Assembly (NCBI GenBank): GCA_902802365.1
Contig: CADCLZ010000002.1
Span: 1 to 50,973, forward strand
From: an uncultured Erysipelotrichaceae bacterium
Lineage (GTDB): Bacteria > Bacillota_I > Bacilli_A > RFN20 > CAG-826
Direction: 5' to 3'
Length of the DNA stretch: 50,973 nucleotides
Both the position numbers and the translations under genes were made by a program. Position 1 is the stretch's first letter; every line of letters starts with the position of its first letter. The notes beneath the pieces were generated by a model. That model saw only the letters and a list, made by a program, of their open reading frames with translations, had not been told where the DNA came from and did not search any database. Shown one piece after another: positions 35,333-44,307 of this stretch.

Positions 35333-37186
35333 TTAAGACATAAGGCCGATCATTCCCTTAAGAGCGTCGGCATTGTACTTCAGTTTGCTGGCTTCTTCCG
35401 GCTTCAAAGCGCGGACGAGCTCCAACTGAGTTTTTAGATCCTGTAGTTTGGATTCTTTGGGGTAATTTCCATTGGAAAGCACGCTGAGGAGACGGGCTTC
35501 GGACTTCCGGGCCTTCTCGAAAGCGCTGGACTCGGCGGGTTTCTCCTGTGGTTTCTTCGCTTCCCTCTTTTTCTCGGGCTCTTTTTTCTTCTCCGCAGGT
35601 TTCTTGGCCTTTGGGGCGGCCTTCTTGGGCTTTTCGGGCTCCGCCTTCTCCGCGGGTTCCGCCGTTTTGGCTTTGCTCGCCTTCTTCGGTGTGGCTTTTT
35701 TCGGCTCTTCGGGCTTCTTTTCGGGCTCCGGTTTCTTCTTCGGGGCGGCTTTTTCTTTTTTCGGTTCGGCCTTTGGGGCTGGTTTTTCCGCTTTGGCCTT
35801 CGTTTTGGCGGGCGCGGCTTCCTTCCGCGCCTTCCTTTCGATCGCCGCCTTGGTTTTCTCGTCGTCAGGAACGGCGACGAGCAACGTGCCTTGCACCGAT
35901 TCGGTCTGCGGGGTCAGCTTTTCCGCTTTCTTCTTCGGGGCCTTTTTCGGTTCTGCCTTCTTGGGCTTCTCCGGCTCTGGAGCCTTCTCTTCAGCCTTTG
36001 GTTCCTCAACAACCTTTGGTTGCGGCTTCAAGAGGGCCAAAGAGACCCGGAAACCTTTGAAAGCGGGTTCTGGCCGCACAAAGAGGCGTTCTTTGTAGGT
36101 AACGCCTTCCTTGGAGCCTTCTTTGACCGCCTTGATCAGCAAGGGAAGATCGCTGGAGGTGACATCCATATCGCCGTGGATCTGGGGGATATATTCCACC
36201 GAGGGGTCACGGAAAAGGATGCCTTGATAACGCGCGGCGTCGACGATGGCCGCTTCCAAAGAGGGGCCGCTGCCAAAGAAGCCGCGGACCTCTGGTTTCG
36301 GCTGAGGTTTTGGCTCTTCTTTTTTAAAAGGAACCTGCTTGGGTTTTTCATTGGTTTTGGATTCGCTCGGCTTTGCCTCGACCGGGGCATCGGCCTTCCT
36401 CATTTCCTCCAATAATTGCGCGCTGGAGTATTTGAGGGTGAGCTTCTTTTTGTTTTCGTCTGAAATCTTCCCTAAGAGGGAAAGCTGCGCGGAAATATCG
36501 TCCTTTTTCCGCTTGGCAGGACAGTTGGGGTTATGAAGGATCGTCCAAAGCTTCTCATCATGAGACTTGGCTTTGGCGATCAATTCATTCTGGGTATCTT
36601 TTTTGGCGGGTTTGGCTTGATAGCCCTGGGCGCCGCCGTCCCGCTGCTCTTGGCGTTGACGATAAGAGGGATATTTGATCTTTTCCCCGCGGTTCACATC
36701 GAGAACCCCGGTGGAAAGGATTTTGTAAGTCGCGACTTTCCTTCCGCGTTGGGAATCGAGGAAATTCAACTTGCCCAGATCCTCGGCTAATCCTTTATCT
36801 TGCGTAATGACAAGAACCTTCTTGGTGATTCGCATTTGCGACACCGAGACGTAAATCACGTTATCGGCAAAATTCTGATCTTTTTCTTTCTTGGTGAACT
36901 CGAATAGTTTGCTGCGCTTGGCTAACTTCAGAATTTTCAATGCCCGCTTCGCCGCGATCCTGAGATCGTCATTGGCCTTGTTCTTGGAATGTTTTTTCAA
37001 TTCGTCCAGGCATTTGTGATAAACGGTGATTCGAACGTCTTCCCGAAGGTAATCTTTGGCATTGACCAAGATGTCCAAGAATAAGGGGAATCCGTCTTCC
37101 ATCAGAGAGCAGGTATCCATGATCACGAAGTCGAAACCATTTAAGAGTTTCGCCAGTGATGAGGATTTGTTCTCATCGCTATACAT
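35333..37186 (-). CDS. Modular protein: N-terminal PIN-like nuclease domain, duplicated helical motif, central globular domain, and a roughly 165-aa Lys/Pro/Ala/Glu-rich region
   Basis: Acidic residues spaced as in PIN domains: IMDTCSL, LDELKK, FADNVIYV, VLVITQDKGLAEDL. The tail reads EPKKEKAAPKKKPEPEKKPEEPKKATPKKASKAK.... Start taken at ATG 37186. AAAGGAGG lies an unusually long 22 nt upstream. Confidence 0.6.
   Translation of the reverse strand: MYSDENKSSSLAKLLNGFDFVIMDTCSLMEDGFPLFLDILVNAKDYLREDVRITVYHKCLDELKKHSKNKANDDLRIAAKRALKILKLAKRSKLFEFTKKEKDQNFADNVIYVSVSQMRITKKVLVITQDKGLAEDLGKLNFLDSQRGRKVATYKILSTGVLDVNRGEKIKYPSYRQRQEQRDGGAQGYQAKPAKKDTQNELIAKAKSHDEKLWTILHNPNCPAKRKKDDISAQLSLLGKISDENKKKLTLKYSSAQLLEEMRKADAPVEAKPSESKTNEKPKQVPFKKEEPKPQPKPEVRGFFGSGPSLEAAIVDAARYQGILFRDPSVEYIPQIHGDMDVTSSDLPLLIKAVKEGSKEGVTYKERLFVRPEPAFKGFRVSLALLKPQPKVVEEPKAEEKAPEPEKPKKAEPKKAPKKKAEKLTPQTESVQGTLLVAVPDDEKTKAAIERKARKEAAPAKTKAKAEKPAPKAEPKKEKAAPKKKPEPEKKPEEPKKATPKKASKAKTAEPAEKAEPEKPKKAAPKAKKPAEKKKEPEKKREAKKPQEKPAESSAFEKARKSEARLLSVLSNGNYPKESKLQDLKTQLELVRALKPEEASKLKYNADALKGMIGLMS
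35531..36025 (-). repeat. Low-complexity coding tract (K/P/A/E-rich, histone-H1/AlgP-like)
   Basis: Degenerate reiteration of AAG/AAA/CCG/GCC/GAA codons. Translation: PKAEEKAPEPEKPKKAEPKKAPKKKAEK...KPKKAAPKAKKPAEKKKEPEKKREAKKPQEKP. Confidence 0.85.
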
Positions 37187-37222
37187 GTTGTTTTGCTTCT
37201 TTTCGAAACCTCCTTTGCCCGC

Positions 37223-37230
37223 ATTATACA
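37223..37230 (-). promoter_or_regulatory. Extended -10 box (TGTATAAT) upstream of the PIN/K-rich gene
   Basis: Minus strand: cattcgTGTATAATgcgggcAAAGGAGG. No convincing -35. Confidence 0.45.
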
Positions 37231-37268
37231 CGAATGCGCAAAGAGGCGCGTGAAAAAGAAAAGGGCCA

Positions 37269-38243
37269 TCAGGCCCCATATTTCTTCAAGAAACGTTCAT
37301 CGAAGAGCAAATCGCGGTGCTCGGCGGCGGCTTTTTTCTCCGCTTCTTCTTCGATTCTTTCTTGTTTGATCTTTCGATCAAGGCGGGCGCTTTCTTCTTC
37401 GTAATGATCGAGGAAAGTATGCATTTCCCCGTGGTTTTTATGGCCGAGAACCATATCGACATTCACATTGGCCCCGGCCTTAAAAAGATTCTTCTCGATG
37501 TAGGGCGAATATTCTTCCTTCAACCGTTTGATGAGTTCTTTGGTCATCGCCCGCTTGGAGCCTTCAAGATCCTCCGCGGCGTTTTCGGTGAAGCGGCAGG
37601 CACAGCGAATGAAGGTGAGGTCGTTCTCTTTCGCCCAGGCTTTCACATACTCTTCGCGAACCAAATAGAGCGGACGGATCAATTCCATCCCGGCGAAATG
37701 ATCGGAATGGACCTTGGGGAGCATCGTCTGGAAGCTTCCGGCATTGAGCATATTCATCAATGTCGTCTCGATCACGTCGTCGTAGTGGTGGCCCAAGGCG
37801 ATTTTGTTGCACCCAAGGCGTTTGGCGATCCGATAAAGCGCCCCGCGCCGCATTTTGGCGCAGAGATAGCAAGCGGGGACGACCGATTCATTGGAAATCG
37901 CGAAAATATCGGTCGAAACGATCACCGCGGGTATCTCAAGAATCTCTAGATTCTTCTCAATCTGAGCACGGTTGGCTTCGTTATAGCCAGGATCCATGAC
38001 CAAATAGGTCACATCGAACGGGAATTTGGTGTAGCGGTGGAGGTGCTTGAACAGCAAAGCAAGCATCATCGAGTCCTTGCCGCCGGAGATGCAGACGCAG
38101 ACCTTGTCGCCAACTTTTAAAAGCTCGTAGATCGTCAAAGCTTCCGTGAACTTCCGGTAAAGCCCATGCTGAAAAGTCGTATAAAGCGACCGTTCGATGA
38201 GCGCGGCGCGGGAGAGGGTTTTCTTCGTCTTCTTTTCCTTCAC
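37269..38243 (-). CDS. TtcA-like PP-loop ATPase (tRNA thiolation family) with a charged C-terminal extension
   Basis: PP-loop VCVCISGGKDSMM and Cys pairs (ACYLCAKMRRG, IRCACRF). The start is uncertain. GTG 38243 is preferred because the track start 38351 and ATG 38315 would overlap or abut the divergent mutY gene and its promoter. Confidence 0.7.
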   Translation of the reverse strand: MKEKKTKKTLSRAALIERSLYTTFQHGLYRKFTEALTIYELLKVGDKVCVCISGGKDSMMLALLFKHLHRYTKFPFDVTYLVMDPGYNEANRAQIEKNLEILEIPAVIVSTDIFAISNESVVPACYLCAKMRRGALYRIAKRLGCNKIALGHHYDDVIETTLMNMLNAGSFQTMLPKVHSDHFAGMELIRPLYLVREEYVKAWAKENDLTFIRCACRFTENAAEDLEGSKRAMTKELIKRLKEEYSPYIEKNLFKAGANVNVDMVLGHKNHGEMHTFLDHYEEESARLDRKIKQERIEEEAEKKAAAEHRDLLFDERFLKKYGA

Positions 38244-38292
38244 GGGCAAAAGTCTACCACGCGGGGAGCGAAAGGAAAATGAAGCGGGCGTT

Positions 38293-38320
38293 TTGAAACA
38301 AAACGCGGAAGTCATACAAT
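38293..38320 (+). promoter_or_regulatory. mutY promoter TTGAAA-16 nt-TACAAT, ending 7 nt before ATG 38328
   Basis: ttTTGAAAcaaaacgcggaagtcaTACAATgttcgggATG, with no SD. The geometry predicts a leaderless transcript. Confidence 0.55.
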
Positions 38321-38327
38321 GTTCGGG

Positions 38328-39356
38328 ATGAATCGCGAAGAGGCCATCCAACTTCTATCCTGGTACGAGGAAAGCCGCCGCGTTCTTCCCTGGCGGCAAG
38401 AACCGACCCCTTATCACGTTTGGCTGAGCGAGATCATGCTTCAGCAAACGCGAATCGAGGCGGTGAAACCCTACTACGCGCGGTTTCTGGCCGCTTGTCC
38501 AACGATTAAATCGTTGGCGGAAGCCCCGGAAGAAAAGGTTTTGAAGCTTTGGGAAGGGCTTGGTTACTACTCAAGGGCCAAGAATCTTCATAAAGCCGCG
38601 AAGGAAGTTTGGGAACGCTTTGACGGAAACCTGCCCGGCAATCCCGAGCAGCTCGCCAAATTGCCCGGCATCGGGGAATATACCCAAAAAGCCATCCTCG
38701 CGATTGCTTTTCAAAAGCCGTATATCGCCGTCGACGGCAACTTGCTCCGGGTCTATGCCCGTTTAAATGCCAAGCGTTTCTCGGCGATCGACCAATCGCT
38801 TAAAAAAGAAGCAGAAAGCTTCTTCCAAAAAGCCTTCCCGCTCCATAGGCCAGGCGATTATAACCAAGCCTTGATGGATCTGGGCGAGATCGTTTGCCTT
38901 CCTAACGGCGTCCCGCTCTGCGAAGAATGCCCCTGTAAGGGATTTTGCCTCGCCCACCGGAATGGGGATGAGGCTTCTTACCCGGGCGAACGGGCCAAAA
39001 AAGCGAAAAAGAGCGGGGACATTGATGTGTTTTTGCTCAAAAAGGATAATCGTTACGCAATTCGAAAAAGAGGCGAAAACGGGCTTCTGGCCGGGCTTTA
39101 TGAGTTCCCGAACCATCAAGGGAGGACCAAAAAGGCTAAACGGAAGGCTTTGCTGGAAGAAATCGGCTTAAAAGTCGTCTCAGAAACCCCGGTCGGGGAA
39201 GCGACTCACGTCTTCACTCACCTGATTTGGCATATGAAAGGTTATCTAATTGAGGTAGAAGGCGATGGTGAAGGCTTGCTCTTCCTCACGCCGGAGGAAA
39301 TCAAAGAAAGGTATTCGATCCCCTCGGCGTTCTCCTATTATCTGAATCTCATTTAA
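38328..39356 (+). CDS. mutY: A/G-specific adenine DNA glycosylase MutY
   Basis: LPWRQEPTPYHVWLSEIMLQQTR, HhH motif LPGIGEYT, Fe-S cluster CLPNGVPLCEECPCKGFC, and a NUDIX-like C-terminal domain. ATG 38319 is rejected as the start because it overlaps the -10 box. Confidence 0.9.
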   Translation: MNREEAIQLLSWYEESRRVLPWRQEPTPYHVWLSEIMLQQTRIEAVKPYYARFLAACPTIKSLAEAPEEKVLKLWEGLGYYSRAKNLHKAAKEVWERFDGNLPGNPEQLAKLPGIGEYTQKAILAIAFQKPYIAVDGNLLRVYARLNAKRFSAIDQSLKKEAESFFQKAFPLHRPGDYNQALMDLGEIVCLPNGVPLCEECPCKGFCLAHRNGDEASYPGERAKKAKKSGDIDVFLLKKDNRYAIRKRGENGLLAGLYEFPNHQGRTKKAKRKALLEEIGLKVVSETPVGEATHVFTHLIWHMKGYLIEVEGDGEGLLFLTPEEIKERYSIPSAFSYYLNLI

Positions 39357-39378
39357 AAAGCCCGGATCGCCGGGCTTT
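39357..39378. terminator. Bidirectional hairpin terminator between the convergent mutY and M13 peptidase genes
   Basis: aaagcccgg-atcg-ccgggcttt, with flanking A-run and T-run. Confidence 0.75.
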
Positions 39379-39380
39379 CT

Positions 39381-41837
39381 TTACCAAACCGTGACTCTGT
39401 CCTTCGCGGGCAAATACATCGCGTCGCTTTCTTTGGTATCGAAGGTCTCGTGGAATTTATCCAAGAGATGGAAGCAGGTGTTGACCCTGGCTCTTCCGAA
39501 TGGATGCTCATCGCCGGCGATATTCTCCACGTAGGTGCGTTGTGAGGCAAAGGCGCCCATATCCTGCGCCACGGCGATGAAGAAGGCGCGGTAATCGAAG
39601 GAGGGATGCTCTTTCGATGCCATATCAAGGCAAAGCGCGGTTCCGGTGATGTCGGCTATCGCTTCGTTGATGACGCCGAACCCATCGGTTTCCTCACCCG
39701 GCATTACTTCGTAATGATCATAGCTGACTGCGACCGCCGCCGCCCGATTCCAGTACTCGGTCGCTTCTTTATCGGTGAGCAGGGCTTCGGAATATCTCCC
39801 GTTTTTATCAAAGTTCACGCCGCCGGTGTCAAAGGCATGGCTTAGTTCGTGGGCGATGGTATGCCCGAAAGTCGCGTAGAAGGATTCGGCGGTCAACGTC
39901 CTGGGGTCGTCATAAGCGGCCAGAAAGCCGGTGTAGATGTCCATCCCGTTCGCGCTCGGCATATAAAAGGCATTTGCCGTTAAGGGGTCTTCCGCCTGGC
40001 AATATCCGAAGAAATCCAGCGAAGGGTTCGCTCCGCTATTAGAAGAGGCCCAGTCGCTTCCGATCAAAGCGGCTTTTTCATCGAAATTCGCATTCTCTTC
40101 GATGGCCAAATTATCAAATAGTTCGGCATCCGCCTGATAGGCGGGCTCTGAATAATGGAGGAAAGTCCCATCGCTATTGGAACCGCCGATCGAATAACGG
40201 AGGTTATCGAGTTTCTCCTTCAGTGTGCTCTTGCTGGACGGGGATAGCCAGTCCTGGCTCTCGATCCTTGAACGCATCGCGTTCTTAAGGTCGCCCAATA
40301 AATCGACTAAGGCCGAGATCTGCTCATGATAGCCTTCGGTCTTTTCGAATTCGTTAGCCAAGATGCCGCTGATATGCGGGAGGCAGTAAGCGCCCCAAAG
40401 CCGATCATCGGATAGGCCGGCTTCGTCGTTGCCATAACGATTGCCGAACGCCCACTTATCGATCGCCGCTCCCTTTGGGAGGCAAGAGGTGTAATGGGCG
40501 AAGAGCTGCCAAACCGCGAAGCCTTTTAAGTAGGGGAGATTCCCCTCGGAAGAGAAAAGCGAAAGCAGCGCCCCACCATAAATCTCGGATTTCCAGAAGA
40601 AGCAGTCGCAGTCAGCGACGCCGATGTTCGTTAAGAAGTCGCGTAATGAGGTGCGGCCAAGATAGATGTTGGCATTTCCATTAAGCTGTCCGCCCCGGTC
40701 CGGGAGTTCTCTCTCCAAGCGCTCCCTAGCCGCGCAGAAAAGGTATTTGAAGTGGGTGTAGTTATACGCAAGGTTATAGGCTTCGGAAGTGGAAGAGGCC
40801 AAACCTTCTTGGAAAATCGGGGTGAAGCGGGCGACCGAGCGTTCAAAGGAATCGCTGGCATCCTCGGCTGTGCCATAGCCGTTTTCATAGATGTAGGAAG
40901 GTTGATCGCTAGAGAAGCAACTGGCAAACGCAGCTCTCTTATAGTAATTCTTGCGACCATCGGAAAGGGTCGCATCGACGAAGGAAAGCCCGTCCCACAA
41001 CGGGCAATAACCGGTTTCGACGGCTTCTTGCTGCATCGCAGCCACAAACTCATCCAAGGTCTCCGCACCCAATAAAGCGTTCAGGGTTGGCCTTAAACCG
41101 GCCAGGTTACCGTTTTCCCGCGACTGGACGTCCATGAAGGAATCATTAAAGGCCTTGGCGCGGGGCGCCTGCTCCAAAAGCGATTTCGCCCAGCTATTGA
41201 TGTGGCTCTGCGGGATCATCCTCGATTCATAGACCATCGTCTCGCTTAAAGGGTCCTCGGATTGAATCGGGCAGGCATCATAGAGGAAATCGTGGTTGGC
41301 GGCGCTGAAGAAATCGTCCACATAAGAGGTGCCGATATAGGCGTGGAAGCGGTCCAGCATTTTTTGGGCGCGTTTCTCGTTGATCGGCGCGACTTGGAAA
41401 TAGACTTGGCTCTCGGCATAAAGGCCGCGGTTGAGCAAAAAGCGCAGCGCTTCTTCGCTTTGCTCATCGAGCGGGGTCTCCACCAATCGGTCATAAGCCA
41501 TTGGGAATCCTTGGAAGGTGCGCGCCCCGATATGGGCGGGTATGACGTCTTTGAAAGCCTCGTGGGCCATCAAGACGAAATCGTTCATCGTCGCCGAAAC
41601 CCGGTCTTCTTGGCTGGAGCTGCTCAAGAGTTCGGCATAAGGCCTAGAACGCGAAATAAGCGACTCCGCGTTGACGGAAGAGCCATAACGCGTGGCCGCG
41701 TTGGCGATCTTCTCCGCCAAAGCATAGGCATTAAAGCCGTTAAACCGCAGCCCTGGGATCAAATTTTCGCAAGAAGATAGGCAAAAACCGCTGATCAAGG
41801 CGAGGAAAGTAAATAGATGTATCCGTCTCTTTTTCAT
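39381..41837 (-). CDS. M13-family zinc metallopeptidase (PepO/neprilysin-like) lipoprotein
   Basis: Signal peptide plus lipobox MKKRRIHLFTFLALISGFCLSSC. HExxH motif (TIAHELSHAFD), NEAIADITG, and HPFGRARVN. At about 818 aa it is long for the family. Confidence 0.85.
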   Translation of the reverse strand: MKKRRIHLFTFLALISGFCLSSCENLIPGLRFNGFNAYALAEKIANAATRYGSSVNAESLISRSRPYAELLSSSSQEDRVSATMNDFVLMAHEAFKDVIPAHIGARTFQGFPMAYDRLVETPLDEQSEEALRFLLNRGLYAESQVYFQVAPINEKRAQKMLDRFHAYIGTSYVDDFFSAANHDFLYDACPIQSEDPLSETMVYESRMIPQSHINSWAKSLLEQAPRAKAFNDSFMDVQSRENGNLAGLRPTLNALLGAETLDEFVAAMQQEAVETGYCPLWDGLSFVDATLSDGRKNYYKRAAFASCFSSDQPSYIYENGYGTAEDASDSFERSVARFTPIFQEGLASSTSEAYNLAYNYTHFKYLFCAARERLERELPDRGGQLNGNANIYLGRTSLRDFLTNIGVADCDCFFWKSEIYGGALLSLFSSEGNLPYLKGFAVWQLFAHYTSCLPKGAAIDKWAFGNRYGNDEAGLSDDRLWGAYCLPHISGILANEFEKTEGYHEQISALVDLLGDLKNAMRSRIESQDWLSPSSKSTLKEKLDNLRYSIGGSNSDGTFLHYSEPAYQADAELFDNLAIEENANFDEKAALIGSDWASSNSGANPSLDFFGYCQAEDPLTANAFYMPSANGMDIYTGFLAAYDDPRTLTAESFYATFGHTIAHELSHAFDTGGVNFDKNGRYSEALLTDKEATEYWNRAAAVAVSYDHYEVMPGEETDGFGVINEAIADITGTALCLDMASKEHPSFDYRAFFIAVAQDMGAFASQRTYVENIAGDEHPFGRARVNTCFHLLDKFHETFDTKESDAMYLPAKDRVTVW

Positions 41838-41884
41838 GGTATCGACGCTAAGCATCGGGCACTATTGTACACCGATAAAAACGC

Positions 41885-43021
41885 TTAGAGGATTTCCTCC
41901 CATTTATGCAGGATCGACTCCCCGGAGAACAAAAGCGAACGCTGATAGGCTTTCTCTTTGGCGTCCGCGAGCCCGTTGGGATCCTCAAGATAGGCGCGGA
42001 TCGCCGCCGCGAAAGCCTTTGGCTCTTTACCGGGAACGATCGTCCCGTTTTCCCCGCTTTCGATCATCTCGTGGACGGTGGGGCCGAACTCGCTGGAAAC
42101 AACCGGGCGAGAAAGAGCGTTTGCTTCGCCGATGATCAAAGGCCAGCCCTCATATTCGCTTGTGAGCAAAAGGAGGTCGGAGGAAAGAAGCACGCCTTTG
42201 GCGTCTTTGCTGGCTTCGTGGACGCTCACAACATCGGAAAGCTCGTTTTTCTCAACATAGCGGTCCATCTCTTGGCGGAGATTGCCGTTTCCATGCATAT
42301 TGAGATGGAAGGCAAAGCCTTCTTCCTTCAAAACCCGCGCGGTTTCTAACGCCAAGAAGGGGTTCTTCTGCGGCATATAGCGCCCTAAGAAAGCGATGTT
42401 ATTCCCGCAAGGCTCTTTGTGGAGCTCGCTCGGGAAGCGGATCGGGTTATAAATATAAGTCGACTTGCCGTTTAGTTTTGGATAATGGGCTTGGACCTCA
42501 TCGAGGGTGGCTTTGGATAAGAACACCCAGCAATCGGGCTTTCTGGCTCCAAGCATCGCCATCCGGAAGAAAAAGTTCTTAAACGCCGGGAGGTCGAAGT
42601 GAAACTCATTGATGACTTTGCCCTTTTTCGGCGCATAACGATAAGAATCAAGCGAGGTGCAGACCATCGTCCCGCCGTCTTTGATCTTTTCATAGAGCCT
42701 TTTCCGATAAATCCCCCGTTTCCAGAACGAATGATGGCAGAATCGGAAGAAATAACCGATGAATGAGAAGATCCGGAAGCGTTTTAGCAAGGCGGGAGCG
42801 TGGTTTTCGAAGCGGAGAACCGAAAAAGGAATCTCCAAAGAAGAAAGTTTTATCTTCTCGGAAAACGCATATACGGGTGGCCTGGATTTCGTTTCCGACA
42901 TCGAAACGACCTCCACCTCATGGCCGGATTCCGCCAAACGGTTGGCGAGGTCGATGCTGACTTGTTCGGTGCCCCCTAGCTCAAAGAGCTGCTGCACGCA
43001 AAAAACGATTTTCTTCATCAT
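41885..43021 (-). CDS. GT4-family (GT-B fold) glycosyltransferase
   Basis: C-terminal EX7E-type motif SEYEGWPLIIGEANALSRPVV and N-terminal FELGGTEQV. Tandem ATG ATG at 43021/43018. Confidence 0.8.
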   Translation of the reverse strand: MMKKIVFCVQQLFELGGTEQVSIDLANRLAESGHEVEVVSMSETKSRPPVYAFSEKIKLSSLEIPFSVLRFENHAPALLKRFRIFSFIGYFFRFCHHSFWKRGIYRKRLYEKIKDGGTMVCTSLDSYRYAPKKGKVINEFHFDLPAFKNFFFRMAMLGARKPDCWVFLSKATLDEVQAHYPKLNGKSTYIYNPIRFPSELHKEPCGNNIAFLGRYMPQKNPFLALETARVLKEEGFAFHLNMHGNGNLRQEMDRYVEKNELSDVVSVHEASKDAKGVLLSSDLLLLTSEYEGWPLIIGEANALSRPVVSSEFGPTVHEMIESGENGTIVPGKEPKAFAAAIRAYLEDPNGLADAKEKAYQRSLLFSGESILHKWEEIL

Positions 43022-43062
43022 GGGAATTATAAACGAGGGAATAGATAGAAAGAAGGAACGGC

Positions 43063-44235
43063 TTATTTCTTGGCGAAAAGCCTTTGCTTGGCCTGATAAA
43101 GCTCCTGGTCGGCGCGACCAAGAACGTCCTCAAGGCGTTCTTTCGGATCGGAAACATAGGCACAGCCAGCGGATAGGGTGATGGGGAAATCGATTTCTTT
43201 GCTTTCTTCGACAAGTTTGGCGATCTTGGCGTTGACCTGCGCAAGCATGGCCTCCGGCTGGGCGACTTTCTTTTGATAGACGAGGACAAATTCGTCTCCG
43301 CCATAACGGGCGGCAAAGCCCATCGTCTCTTGGGCGGCTGCCATGAAGGCCTTGGCGACGAGCTGCAAGGTCTTATCGCCGATCAGATGGCCGTATTCGT
43401 CGTTGATCATCTTGAATTTGTCGATGTCGAAGAGCATCAGAACATAAGTTTTCTCTTCGCTGACTTGCTCGAGGAGATCGCTCACATATTCGTCGAGCCT
43501 CCGGCGGTTGTTAAGCCCCGTAAGAGCGTCGCTATAGATGCGCTCATCGTGCAAGAAAACCACCAGGACCGAGGCAAGGACGATGATGGAGCCCATTTCC
43601 ACCGGTTGCCCGTTGGCGACCGTGTTCTGCAGCAAAGTGGCAAGAATCATCAGCGGCCCAAAGCAAAGCAGGATGATGTCTTTCCTCCGGTTCCTCTTTG
43701 AGGAGCCTTTGAAGAAGTGATAGATGCAAGCCCCGAGGCAGACGATGACGTAGAGGGCGTCAAGGGCCATAGCCAGGTAGAAGAGGTTCCCGATTTGATA
43801 GATCCCGTCGGCGTCAAAGGCGAATATCCAGCCGGTCCACATCGAAACGAAGTCAAGGGTTCCGACGACCAGCATCGGCAGGCTGATGACGAAACGCGAC
43901 CACGTATGGTCGAGCGCGAGAGGGATATAGGATTCGCAAATGAACAAGCACCAGAAATAAACCAGCAGGTTAAAGGAGGCGTACGAGACGAAATTGTCGA
44001 TTTTGTTGGCCCAAACGCCCCAAGGCAGCAACCCGCCTTCGCCAAATCCCCAGACCACGTTGGCGAGGCAATAGCCGATATAGGAGATCATCAACCCGCG
44101 GAGGAAGGTCGCTTGGCTTTTGGTGACGAGGCTCCGGCTAAGCTGCAGCAGAAAGACCCCCGCGCATAAGGCGCAGATGATCCCGACGAGGATGTAGGAA
44201 TGGTAGTTCCAGGTTGTTTCCAGGGCCCTTGGCAT
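43063..44235 (-). CDS. Membrane-anchored diguanylate cyclase (about 7 TM plus GGDEF)
   Basis: DALTGLNNRR...FDIDKFKMINDEYGH...ARYGGDEFVLV. No RxxD I-site lies 5 residues upstream of GGDEF. Start at ATG 44235; the track start is TTG. Confidence 0.88.
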   Translation of the reverse strand: MPRALETTWNYHSYILVGIICALCAGVFLLQLSRSLVTKSQATFLRGLMISYIGYCLANVVWGFGEGGLLPWGVWANKIDNFVSYASFNLLVYFWCLFICESYIPLALDHTWSRFVISLPMLVVGTLDFVSMWTGWIFAFDADGIYQIGNLFYLAMALDALYVIVCLGACIYHFFKGSSKRNRRKDIILLCFGPLMILATLLQNTVANGQPVEMGSIIVLASVLVVFLHDERIYSDALTGLNNRRRLDEYVSDLLEQVSEEKTYVLMLFDIDKFKMINDEYGHLIGDKTLQLVAKAFMAAAQETMGFAARYGGDEFVLVYQKKVAQPEAMLAQVNAKIAKLVEESKEIDFPITLSAGCAYVSDPKERLEDVLGRADQELYQAKQRLFAKK

Positions 44236-44307
44236 AAAAACCAACCAAATGATAGCATGTTTGCGAGGTTTTCCGTAGGAAAGCCGACGAAATTATAGGG
44301 TTGTCGG

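Noticed and set aside
34712-35437. A 241-aa highly acidic plus-strand ORF.
   Set aside because: It is antisense to a membrane-protein gene that has a good SD, TM helices and a terminator. It also spans a terminator and an intergenic region, and has no start context.
35472-36415. Three plus-strand ORFs (208, 170 and 174 aa) rich in Phe/Ser/Gly/Ala.
   Set aside because: They are antisense or alternative frames of the Lys/Pro/Ala/Glu low-complexity region of the PIN-like gene. The composition is simply the complement of AAG/GAA/GCC/CCG repeats.
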